From contig NOWV01000122.1 of the NCBI GenBank assembly GCA_003344405.1, positions 1-64,000 on the forward strand: a stretch of 64,000 nt of DNA, in the 5' to 3' direction. The DNA is from Trichoplax sp. H2 (Eukaryota). The notes under the pieces are model-generated. The model was not told the DNA's origin. It worked only from the letters and a program-made list of their open reading frames with translations, and did no database searches. Positions within the stretch are counted from its first letter, which is position 1; every line of letters begins with the position of its first letter. Positions 11,150 to 23,576 of the stretch are shown piece after piece. The position numbers and the translations under genes were made by a program.

Positions 11150-14100
11150 GTCAATGCACAATGCACAAATGACAAAAATGACACTTTTGCAAACTTGAGA
11201 AAACTTGTCTTTTTGTCCGTTAACTACCGAAGTCTTTTCTAATTTATATCACCTTAACATTCTTACTAAGTATTATTTCAAAAGTATAGTTAAACTAAAT
11301 TTTTCTGATTAACAGAGATTTAAATCAAAACAAAATCCGATATATCTATGCCGAAACATTCTACGGTCTAACAGAGCTAAAAATATCGTAAGTTTTGTAA
11401 TTATTAATTTTATCATATACTCATAGTTATGGTTCACCATGTTTAGGTATATAAATATCGTTTAAAGAATGTCAGTTTTTTACATCAATATCTCGAAAAA
11501 TTATTTGTCTCATAATAAAATTATATACTTGGTAGAAAATTATGGGGAAATCCAATTCAAGAAATACCTACCGATATTCTAAAATTTTTTCCAAAATTTC
11601 TTTCCTGTAAAATTTATTTCACTGTGATATATCTAGAAACAGAAAGTTTTTGCAAGCAATTACTTTATTAATCATGAACCATGGCTATATTAATAGCATG
11701 ATATTTTTGTATAATATTAGATATCCTTCGGAAAACAGCATTAGAAGATTCTCAATCAATACTTTTCGACGACTGAACCTACTGAATCAATTGTATAAGA
11801 ATATAAATACATCATATCATCTTGTAATAGCTTATAATTATTATCCAGAAGGTACAATAACATTGCTAATCGAGGTTTTCAATGTAGGTTTTCCAAGTAA
11901 TTTTGTGTTTACGAACTAATAATAGCAATGTTATTTGCCAGGGATCGTAATTTTACTTATTAGCTTAAATTGATATTGCATCTTTATTCCAGAGAAGTTG
12001 CAAAGACATTTATCAGCCATATTGACAGTGAAGTATTCTCTTTATTGCCAGCCATTTCAATCCTGTAAGAATATTCCAACATATTTACTGTCAAAGAGAG
12101 CTTAAGCGTAATTTTAAATCAAATTTTAAATTCCTTATATTTAAATTAAAAATATTACGTTATGAGAAATGCAGCTACTACTATATGTAAATTTCCGTAG
12201 CCTATATTGATATTCAGAAATCATAATTGCAGCTCAAATGGTATGTATCACTGTTGACAATTTCAGTTCGGATGCTTTCCAAGCTTTGATCTAGCTGCGA
12301 CAATATATCTCGCATTATAGAACGTATCTAATAAAGAAACTTTGCTTATGGATGCATACTGGGAGCTGATATTGGCTCAATCTAAAACGGAAATTAGTAT
12401 TTGTATATCGTCAGGGCTGTACTGAAAACTGAAAATATATAGCTGTACTTTAGAAGGTGTGCGATTAAGCTTGAGGCTAATTTACTGAGTAATTTTTCTT
12501 TGAGACTTAATGTGATTTGTTATGTTCCAATTTCACTGTATCGATTAGGACTTTTCTATTCATGTTGAGAAAATTCTGAAATCTAAATTTTATAGATATA
12601 TGAACGAAAATCGAATTAAAGCCATTTGTGACGGTGCATTTAAGAACCTTAAAAATTTAGAACAATTATAAGACATCATTATATATTATTTTAAAAATTA
12701 TCTCCATTACAGTAGATGGATATGTTATTTAGATCAGTCTTTCAATTCACATTTATTTGGCTCATCTTATTTTGAGTAAAATGATACACACTACAAAATT
12801 TCCTGTTTAGCATATTCCAATGCGTGCTATTAGCTTAGCTTACAGAGTCAGCTGTAAATTCGTAATTTAAACTTTCAATATTTAATTTCTAACGTTAGAA
12901 AAATGTAACCATCGCAAATAGTAACACTATAACCTACTATTGAATTTATCTTTCCAGCGTTTACCTACAATATGATTCTAAGTGCAGACGATCTCCTATC
13001 CACACGACGGATAGTAACAGCTCTAATCTTACTTAGACAAAAATCGACTCAAACTTTATTAATAATTAGTCAATCTATACTACAATTGCAATAACATTAG
13101 TTACCAGTGTTTAGATAATGTTATACAAGTATACAGTTATCGATTAACATGTAATATGTCATAGAAAAATTAATTTAAACACATTCCTAGATAAATTATT
13201 TCATAGAAATTAAGTTACCATATCCATGTAAAAGTTACTTCGTAGCAACCGTATGACATCGATGGAAAGAATTGGATAGATATTTGGGATATATAATCGG
13301 CATTTCAATGCCTCTTACGATGGTGAAATATATCATAAATGGGTTTTTTTAATTCTATAGATTGACAATCTATAAATTTAGATTTGAGTTAGTAAAATAG
13401 AACCAAACCACAATGTTACACCAAACGTTCAAGCTCGCTTTTAACCTTACGTGCTATGTTTTTTCACTATTAGTTTATTAATCGGAGAAAATTCATTTTT
13501 CTCTGTCCTAGCATAATGGCGATTGAAAGCAGCTAAAATTAAAAGGAAATTAGACTACAAACTCTAGAATAAATCCATCTTAGTCATGCAAAATCGAATA
13601 CTTCATTATAATATTCTTCTTTAAAGCTAAATATCGTATTTATGTACTGTATATCTTAAAAACAGAATTTTATTTGGCTATCAGCTTCGGCCTTACGTTT
13701 GTTTAAATATGAGCGCACTGTTTCATCGTTTCATCTTTCAGTGTTTAGTATATATATATATGTATCAGTTTCAATAAATTTATTAAGTATAATCAAGCAT
13801 TTTAGGAAACTTGTGAGCTTTATTTCATCTTACGATTATAATCTCAAATAGATTACTACTGTCATTGCAAACTACTATGTACTGTAAGCAAGTGGCAGAA
13901 ATAAACGTATTGCATATACATTTAAATTGAGCCATCGCTAATACTTTAAAGATGCTCATATTCTCTCTTGTGTTTGCATATGTCAGTAGATCTCTCTAGT
14001 AAAGATTGCGATAAACAACATATCATTAATATATTTCTCAAATTATTGAGTAAAGTCATAATTTTTTCTAACATTTATTGTCTCTAATTTTAGATACTTA

Positions 14101-14165
14101 TCATCAAATGACATTGCAATCATAAATAATAAGACCTTCCTTGGGTTACGTAAATTAAAGTGCTT
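11150..14165 (+). pseudogene. Decayed extracellular-type LRR gene: array of 72-nt single-LRR exons
   Basis: AG-preceded 72-nt phase-2 exons at 11316..11387 (DLNQNKIRYIYAETFYGLTELKI), 11721..11792 (YPSENSIRRFSINTFRRLNLLNQL), 11993..12064 (EVAKTFISHIDSEVFSLLPAISIL), 12596..12667 (YMNENRIKAICDGAFKNLKNLEQL; donor mutated to AT) and 14094..14165 (YLSSNDIAIINNKTFLGLRKLKCL). 11150..11214 is 7 nt short (frameshift), and the unit near 12262..12303 has an in-frame TAG (FSSDAFQALI*LRQ). Confidence 0.8.
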
Positions 14166-15974
14166 GTAAGTGAATAGCATAGCACTTTCTTTCAGGAACG
14201 TCTAGATTATTCCTTGAATATATTTTTGAGCATCATCATGGTAAAATACAAGCGGTAGCCTCGGTATTTATCCAAATTGCTACCGCAATACTTCATAATA
14301 TGAGAAACATGGTTTTTAATACGATACAATTTAGGGCAATATTTTAGATTTATTCATGAATTTATTTCGAATCAAATATTTATACAATCTGGAAAAACGG
14401 ATGTAATTCGGTAATTAGCCTCAAACAGTTCTTGACGTAGATTTCAAATCAATAGCAGTAGCTAACATACTCACGATAATAAATCGATTGCTTTATAAAA
14501 GAGTTTATAGATGTGAATGAATATCCGCATGGTACATTTCGGCGATAAACTATTACAAATGGCATAGTATACTATATTGCACTGTACATATGTTACTGTG
14601 AGGTTGATCGATGAAGAATCTTCCAAACTTTGGAAAATTAAGATTTATTGAACAAATCCTCGTTGACGAAGGTACAACGTAATCGATTCGCTGAGGACCT
14701 CGAACGAGAAAGAACTCTCTGACTATACTAAACTACTCGCTTCTATACTTTTCGGCATTTACAGTCTTAGCACCTTACTTACTTACTACACACTTCAGTA
14801 TTAGCATCTTCAATGCAGGATAGTTTCCATCTTTCATGTGGAGCTCTAGTGTGAGCACTGTAGCACTCCTCTTCAAAAAGATTCCAATTACTAAGCTAGC
14901 TCTATTGAATACTTAAGCCTCGAACGAGAATATCGATCCCATGTTGAGCACAACACCTACGGTAGACATTACTAACTATATCATCCACTTAGAATACTTT
15001 ATTACACTGTCTTCCATTTGCCCACCTCGAATTTGGTGGTACTAAAGAAGTATAAAATTCTACCAATGCAGGCGATATTACAATAATTTCAGCACATAGG
15101 CCTGATCAAGTATAAATCAATGTAGTAGGGAAAAGGATCAAACTGTACAGTATGCTAAAATGCATCCGTTCAAACGCTACCAATTACTATCTGGATATTG
15201 CAATTTTGGCTTCAATTTGTACAAAATGGTTCGCAAATGCATGGTTTTAAGATGGACAGTGTAGATCGATATCTGTATAGGAAGGTTCATCACGATGGGT
15301 CTTTTTTAAGCGTGCTTCTTGTCCTTTTTACTATTCAAATAGATCCTAGAAAGCAAATCTCATGGTAGTGTACAACTATAAATTGCAAGTTGTAGTATTG
15401 TCCATTTCAATAGTTGTACTGCCGTCCATTGCAATAGTTTATTGACTCAAGTACTCGATTGCCTAAAAAGTTGGTACCCATTCCTGTGTACAGGACAGTA
15501 CTGTACTGTATACAGCAAGTTGAAAGGCGAATAGCAGGAGTCTTCCAAGTCCCTGGCTGCAACATATCGATGCGAGAGAGTTGAATATCGCCATCCAAGA
15601 TCTGCCACATTGCAACTTGCGCTCTGTTGATTAGATGATTTGCTAGTAGAAATAGAAATAGTCCGTATCCAACCGTTTGAAATCAGTAATGTCTACCAGG
15701 ACATCCATGGACTACCGGAATTGATCCATAGAGTCATTGTAGTGGCTTTTTTTTTCTCACTTTCATCACGTTTTCAACTTGGTTGCAATTCAAGGACAGC
15801 CAAATCGACGTCTATCATCAAGTCATTTGGTCATTTATGAGGAAACGTTTAGACATCCATTATCAATCCATTTTTATTGACTTGTTTGCCACCACAGTGC
15901 AGTAGATTGTATCATCGCCTTGACCAAGTGATTTTATACGTGATATTATTCCTTGCCATCACATACAATTAGCC

Positions 15975-18439
15975 ATGATTTCAACATCGACTATTCGTCG
16001 AAGATTATTTTTATTCATTTGCGCGATAGCAGTCATCAATTACTTTTTCATCAGGAGGCATATCAAAAATGAGGATTTGAAGAGACTGCCTGAGCAAGAA
16101 GAATTAATGAAGCATAGGAGAAGTGTGGTAAGCTGTAATAAGTAGAGTAGCAAACAGACGAGTCAATCACTCTTCATCGTAAACGAGTGGCTATTTCAAA
16201 CATGATTGTAGCTGCTCGATCCACTCTTTACTTTTCAAATAACATCATCAAAATCGACTGTAAAACGATCTAGCCGATCATAATCATTCCATAGTCATAC
16301 AAGTACTGATAAATGCACAATATCTTGTTCTATTTCATGCAAGATGGAATAGCAATACATGAAAGTTTAGTCTGTCTACTACGCCAGTGTCAACGTTGTT
16401 GCTAGTCATTGGAAGCAATACTACTCTTGATATTGAATACTGGATGGGTTAGAATACAGCAATTCAATCCATTTAAGTTCAACTAAACGTATTCTACATT
16501 ACTACAGTCAAGTGCAACAGTCCGTAACATTCTTCACTAGTTACATCAAGTAGATGAACACTTTTCTGCTAGTCTTTTGTCAAATTCTTACTCAAAACTT
16601 TTCTAAATATTCCCTTCACATGTTGAACGACTGGATTATAGCATCTGGAAATGTTGTATCTCAGCCTCCCCGATGATCAATCAAACAGCTATAAAATTCA
16701 CCAAGAGTTCAGGATTGCTTCTGAAGTAGTACCTGGTGAAACTACGAAAGATGTTACCCTGGTGGCACATTGTACTGTCAATAAGTTACACCTTCTGCTG
16801 CCTCTTGCCGAAAGATGGAACGGACCAATGTCTATCGGTAAAAATGGATAGTATATGCTGCACTAGCTGCTGTAGTAAATTAGCACTAGTTAATACCTTT
16901 TTCTTTTTGCAGTGAAACACAATCTACTATAACTTATACAAGGTCGTCTTGACTTCAACAGCAGCTGTACTAATAGACCTAATTGAAGAGCTAGAGCCCA
17001 CTAATATTTTCCATCCTATTCTACTGTAGTTGTTTTTGCTCCTGGAAATGACGCTAGGATGACCAGATTCGCTATTGATGGCTTACGTCAATGCAGCACA
17101 TATATTCGTGACTATGCAACATTTCATCTTGTGTACCCAACAGCTCTATTACCACCTTTTGACGGAGGGACTGGCGAACTATTCACCGAGAGAGAAATGG
17201 AATATGCAAACTTTTGCCCCGAAGTTATACCGAATCGAATTAAAGCGTTATCGTCCCATAGTAGTTATGACGATGGCTATGTAAGAGCTACAAGATATGT
17301 GCAAAAAATTCACAAAACTTTCAATAGATGACTACGTCGCTATAAGTTCTACTTTATCGTTCTTGATTCTTAGATTCCCTATCCAAGCAATTTATTGCGA
17401 AATATTGGCAGAGATTTTGCCAAATCTACCTACGTATTTGTTATTGATATTGACATGGTTCCTAACAAAGGACTATATCATGAGCTCATCAACTTTTTGG
17501 AAGAAAAGAAGTTATTTGATAGCATTGGTAAGTACAGTACATTAATTAGTTATACTGGATTGTACTTAATGAATTACAATTACTAATATGCAAATCAATC
17601 AACATACTACCTGGAGTACAATTCTACAGCATCTTTTGAGTTTCAGGTTACTCATCAACATTTTAATTGTCTAATCCCAATTACTAATACAATATAACGT
17701 ACATCGATAGAAAAGAACGCTTATGTCGTTCCCGCATTTGAAATAAACGAAAAGCGCGATATACCTAAAAACAAAGCAGCTTTACGAGAAGCTGCAGCTA
17801 GACCGTTTTATCACGAAGTGTGCGAGAAATGTCAAAGACCATTGAATTATGATCGATGGTGGAAGTAAGTAATGTGCGTTGTCTGCTAATCGTGATTACA
17901 AATACATTAGTTCACCGAGCGATTAACGTGTCAGTTACTCTTATGTACCTTAAATTATTTAGCCAGCCATAATCAAGATATTTTATATGTCTTCTATTTT
18001 TAAGAGCGAATAGTAACAAGGGTGTCCTTGGTCCTGCATATACCTTAAACTGGAAAGATCCATGGGAGCCGTTTTACATTATTGATTCGAAATCCCCTTC
18101 TTTTGATGAACGCTTCAAGCAGGTCATTCTAAAAGTGATTTCATGTGTCATAGCGATGTCATGTATAATTTTGCTGCAAAATTTAACATCTTGCAATTTT
18201 AATACATCTTTCCTGAATTATAGTACGGATTTAACAGAATCAGCCAGGCTTGCGAACTGCACCTTGCTGGTTACAATTATGTAATATTGAATAATGCGTT
18301 TGTTGTCCATCAAGGACTGAAAACACCACATAGTTTTCATAGCAACAAAGATTCACAAAATGCCCGCAATCGAGATTTATTCCGGAAATTTAAGAAAGAA
18401 TTAAAAGAAAAATATCCCACCACGGATAGACACTGCTGA
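15975..18439 (+). CDS. B4GAT1: Beta-1,4-glucuronyltransferase 1 (GT49; type II Golgi membrane protein); exons 15975..16127, 16642..16837, 17030..17280, 17374..17527, 17711..17864, 18005..18122, 18224..18439
   Basis: N-terminal RRR plus hydrophobic anchor; YPSNLLRN; DID (DxD); [49 protein letters not shown]; C-terminus FKKELKEKYPTTDRHC. These match B4GAT1/B3GNT1 motifs, and all junctions are GT-AG and in frame. Confidence 0.93.
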
Positions 18440-18870
18440 ATATCTTGATTGATTCCCTTTAAAAGCCAACCTAGAATTATTCTAACTTTAATGGCACTAA
18501 TTTAATACGCAATTACGTTATTGATAGTCAAACATAACAATGAATGAGGAGTAGTTACCGCAATGGCCATCACTCCATATTCTATACATAGATTTGAGAA
18601 AATTATATGATCCAAGGTTCTATTTTCATAATTCATTCATTAATATGTATCTAGTTTCGACTTAATTTTACTGTACATAGATATTTTCTTATTCTGTGTT
18701 GATGTTACATTAATTTAAATCTTTTCTTAAAGCCGGATATCGTTTACAACAACTGACGGTATACTTCAACAATATGTTATATAAATTACATGAGGTCATT
18801 TGTAATATATCCAACAATTTGATCATATTCATGATAGCGATAAAAAAGTTTTGTTACTTTAATAAATATT

Positions 18871-21800
18871 TTATCTAAAGAGAACAATATCACCATCCAA
18901 GTCATTTGAAGCTGATTTATGCTTTGTACCTTGTTTACCAAACAAGCTAGCGCACAGATTATTCCTGCGTAAATGAACAGTAACATTACTTACTCAATTA
19001 GTATACAATCATAGAAGTAGTTTGTACGTTATGTTTTCCATTTAGCATACTACATAACATGATGCAAAATGTGTAGAAACGATCAAATTACCTAGCTGTG
19101 TCTGTCCACGTTCCTTGCCTCATTGGCGCCGCGAAACTTATCAACTTATCGTGAACATCATATCTAAATGAACATATGCCAATCGTAATATGAACAAAAC
19201 AAAAATTAACAATTTAATCATGTCCACATCAATATATCAAGCAGCCAAGTCTTATTTAACCTTAATTTTCTGCCTTTGCTAGCTTTGGTATCCACTTTAC
19301 GCTTTACTTTACTTCTTAGCTGTTGAAATTGTAACCATTGCCTAAAGTCCAACAGAGGAATTCATTTACGCAAATTTAAAAATAAACATGTAGCAACATA
19401 TATCATTCGACTTAAGAAGTTGATTTATTAATAAAAAATTCCGGTGTGGATTGTAGTTTAAAATTACCTTCCCATTGCTAGTGGATCCGAATCTTTATTA
19501 AATGTGGACTTGTATTCAATAAGTTCTCGTAAAAGCTGCGAAAGAGCATACTAACAATTACCTGAGAAATTGATCGATTAAGTTATGATTTCAAGAATTA
19601 AGTACTATCTACATTCTTACTTGATGGTAAAAATCACTATCATCAAATATTTCTGGATCGTAATCTTTTAAATGGGAATCACGAGCATCTTTATCCTGTA
19701 ATTTTGTATCACATATTAAAATAGCTGACAGGAAAAGAAACCAAAATAATTTTAAAACTTTTTCAATACCCGGGAATCATTGTTCTCAAGATTTCCTAAA
19801 GCTCGAATTGGTATGCGCCTTAACTGAGTCCGTTTAATAAGTCTTTCTTTATCAGACAATATCTACGTATACAACATGAATAATTTTATTGTTAATTATT
19901 TGCTTAAATAACATTTAAGTTTGAGCGACGTTTAAAGTCTTGTGACTCAGGTACTACACAAAGAATCCTAGTAATAACCCTTATTCCAACCTTTTGAATT
20001 TGCTGCGGAACTGACTGATCAAGATCACTAAACTTCTATACAATAAATGAAGAGTAACATATTAAGGTTATTATCATTATCACAAGATTTAGCTCATTAC
20101 AATTACATTAGATTGTCACACCTTGCTATTCAATTTCCCAAAAGCGATTTGAGTTCTATCGCTCCATTTTTTAATAGCAGTACCTCTAAATTTATTTAAT
20201 ATCGAAGCTCTTTTATCTATTACTTCATCGTAATTTCCCTATAATAAAATTATCGCATGAATACCCACAAAAAATTGAGTTAGACGAATCAATACATTGT
20301 CAGAAGCAACCGAGTATAAATTAAAGTTAGGGTAACCAAGAGGACCTGACCCCACCAAAGGTATCAAGGTTACCTTAAAAGATTCAATACCTGAAATCTC
20401 CTCTTTCTGGATTTTCGTTTATCTTCTTTTATCGAGTTGTCACTATCGGATTCTTCTTCCTTCATTTCACTCGAAGAACATTCTTCAGAATTTTTAGCAA
20501 CGCTTTTAATCCCATGAACGGTTTCATCATCACTAGGAATTTCATCGTCATCATCACTATCTTTAACGTCTCCCGACTCAGCAAGCGCCTAAACAGCGTT
20601 AAAAAATTGTAACAACTCTTCAATGAGCTACATGCAAATGGAGCAATACTTGATATGATCTAGGAAAACTCTAAAACTTGACAGTGTCATTTCGTAACAC
20701 TGTTTTCATACCTTGTTAGAAGAGTTTAATAGCAGCTGTCGGGTTTCTGGATACTGCTGCATTAACTGTTCTTGTAGCACCAACAACTCGCTTAGTAGGC
20801 TTGCAACTGACGACTTGCATTTATGCAATGCTGTTTGGAATGTTTTACCACCACACTCAATAAAATTGGAATGTATATGAAATTGTGGTAACTGATTGGC
20901 TACCTGTACTACTGATTGCATCTGAATTCGCCAATCCATGAAACAATCCCATAATTCTATCGATGAAAATTTGATAATAGCATAAGGAAAAATTATTTCA
21001 GTACACCACTTTCAATTAGCACTGGAAGCATCGCAAATGCAACTACATTAGTATTCTTACGTAGCTGAGCCTTGGTCGCTTCCCCCTTTTCGATCTCTCC
21101 ATCAGCATCTCCCTGAGTAAAATTTTGTATCTCATCGTCATCTTCTTCTGACGTATCTACTGCCTCCTCATCACCCCTTTCGCTTACATTTTCATCTTCT
21201 TCACTAGCACCCTGTGCAGAGTCTTCATCTTGATCATCGTTCGCAGTTTGTAAATCCATCAGCTCATTACTTTCATCATCTGAATTAATTATCATATTGA
21301 TATGGTTAGTATGGCGCATCCATTTGCAGTCATTCCATACAGTATAAGAGGAGGTAATTGTAAGGCTTTAAATTCATACATCAACTTGATTCAAGCATAC
21401 TAACTGATAAAAGTAGAATTATGGAGTATACTCATTATTTAATTAACAGTCTATGTGTATGAGGGATTGTAAAACACGTTCAGCTCTGTAAATTGCTGAC
21501 ATTTTAAAGATTAGTAGTTTATGTTGCAAACTGGAGTCATTACTATTCATGTTCCACGTACGACATAGGTAAAATAAGCATATACGTAAGATCGCATGAT
21601 TACCAATTAAGTGTAATACTACTATGTTCTTACTATTAACGTCAAGTTTACAACTACACACTAGTACACAGTCGATATTTGAATTACCACTTTGACTCAA
21701 GTCTTGATCGCTATCGCCATCCAGGCTGGACTGTAATTCAGAATCTTGCTCACTCTCACTTAGCGATTCCTCATCTTCGTCTGTATACTCTTCCCTTTGT

Positions 21801-22060
21801 CGATGAATATCATTCCTACTGACAGTACTTCCTTGATACTTTTTATCGATCTGGTCAAGAAAAGCAACATTGCCCGGTCCTTTTTTCGATTTGATCAATC
21901 TGCTAGCTGCTAATCCTTCATCGCCGTTGCCATCGTGATCACCACTGGGATCACTTGCATGGCACAACTTGGCTGCTGAACTCTCGTTCCAGTAGTCTTC
22001 TTCAGGATCAAACAGAGGTGCTGGATTTTGCAGCTTTTCAATTTGTTCTTTCAGGCTCAT
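18871..22060 (-). CDS. AATF: AATF/Che-1/Traube (yeast Bfr2) nucleolar protein, multi-exon
   Basis: N-terminus MSLKEQIEKLQNPAPLFDPEED; KKYQGSTVSR; acidic tract; [72 protein letters not shown]; last exon NNLCASLFG...IVLFR* (stop 18871..18873). Confidence 0.93.
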
Positions 22061-22854
22061 GCTTATTCACCAATCGTCATGAATTATACAAGATCAATCT
22101 TGCAATCAACAGGATATTCGTATGATGCTTTCCTAATGGAGGGGCAAGCTATCATCAATGTCAGTATGGAAGAGAATGGATTTGGAGGACTCGCTTTCTG
22201 GCATGCGCAGTGTATTCCACGAAGGTGGTGGTGAGCAGCCGGTAAATGGTACAACTACTCGAACACCCGCTACTATTAAGTGAATTAGACCAAGTTTACC
22301 ACAGCAGTTTGAAACATTTGAAAGGATCGGCAGCATCAAACTTTTACAGGCATCCAGTACTGAGACAGCAACAAATCGATAGACAGCAAAAAATTCAATT
22401 TGTAATATTGCAATTTGTATGAAATCGGAGTTCGGTTTGTGACCCTTTCCTAATGCAGACTGGAGGTCACTGTCCTAACCGGAATCAGACAGAAATCTGG
22501 ACAGAATCGTCGGTAGAACAGCAAAGTAAAACTAAATCCAGTGCGCATGGTCGGGTCTCGCTCAGGATTCAGCGAATTAATCCGAAATGTATGCCATAAA
22601 ATGAGTCAAAAAATCCTTGGAAGCGATTTGAATCATCCCCTTGTTGATGTTCTAAACTTCTCTTATTGGAAATGAGTAATAGCTTGACTGCAGCTGCTAT
22701 ATTAAGGCTCATCGACTGAAGTTGGTGTTTGACCGATCTTACTGATTCCACCCATAAGACTAATTGCAAAATAGTTCTTGTACAGTGCTACTTGGACTTT
22801 ACGATCAATCCTATGCTGGGATTTCAGGAGCTATCACTATCTTAAAAAGTCCTT

Positions 22855-23576
22855 TAGGCCTATTTTATGTGACTATGGTGGGCTACAATGTTGTAGAGCT
22901 CTGCAATTTGCCAGGATATGCTGAGTGTTTCTAGTAGAGAGTAAATATTTGAAGGATAAGTCAGACCTTAGCTAAGGATGTTGTAAAATGAAAAATGTTT
23001 TAGGCCCATTAAATGTGACCATGGTGAGCTACGATGTTGTAGAGCTCTGCAATTTGTCAGGATATACTGAGTGTTTCTAGTATGGAGTAAGTATTTGAAG
23101 GATAAGTTAGACCTAAGCTAAGGATATTATAAAATGAAAAGTATTTTAGGCCTATTAAATGCGATTATGGTGGGCTACGATGTTGTAGAGCTCTGCAATT
23201 TGTCAGGATATGCTGAGTGTTTCTAGTGGGGAGTAAGTATTTGAAGGATAAGTTAGACCTAAGTCAAGGATTTTATAAAATGAAAAGTGTTTTAGGACTA
23301 TTAAATGTGACCATGGTGAGCTACGATGTTGTAGAGCTCTGCAATTTGTCAGGATATGCTGAGTGTTTCCAGCGGGGAGTAAGTATTTGAAGGATAAGTT
23401 AGACCTAAGCTAAGGATGTTATAAAATGAAAAGTATTTTAGGCCTATTAAATGCGATTATGGTGGGCTACGATGTTGTAGAGCTCTGCAATTTGTCAGGA
23501 TATGCTGAGTGCTTCTAGTGGGGAGTAAGTATTTGAAGGATAAGTTAGACCTAAGCTAAGGATATTATAAAATGAC
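22855..23576. repeat. Tandem repeat, 146-bp unit, ~5 copies
   Basis: Units start at 22855, 23001, 23147, 23293 and 23439 (tagg(c/a)c...gttgtagagctctgcaatttgtcaggata...tatttgaaggataagttagacc...aaaatga) and are highly similar to each other. Confidence 0.97.

Noticed and set aside
22855-23576. CRISPR array or repeated coding exon (each unit contains ttttag and gtaagt/gtaaat)
   Set aside because: There are no unique spacers or cas genes and the context is eukaryotic; the putative 83-nt exon has stops in all three frames in most copies.
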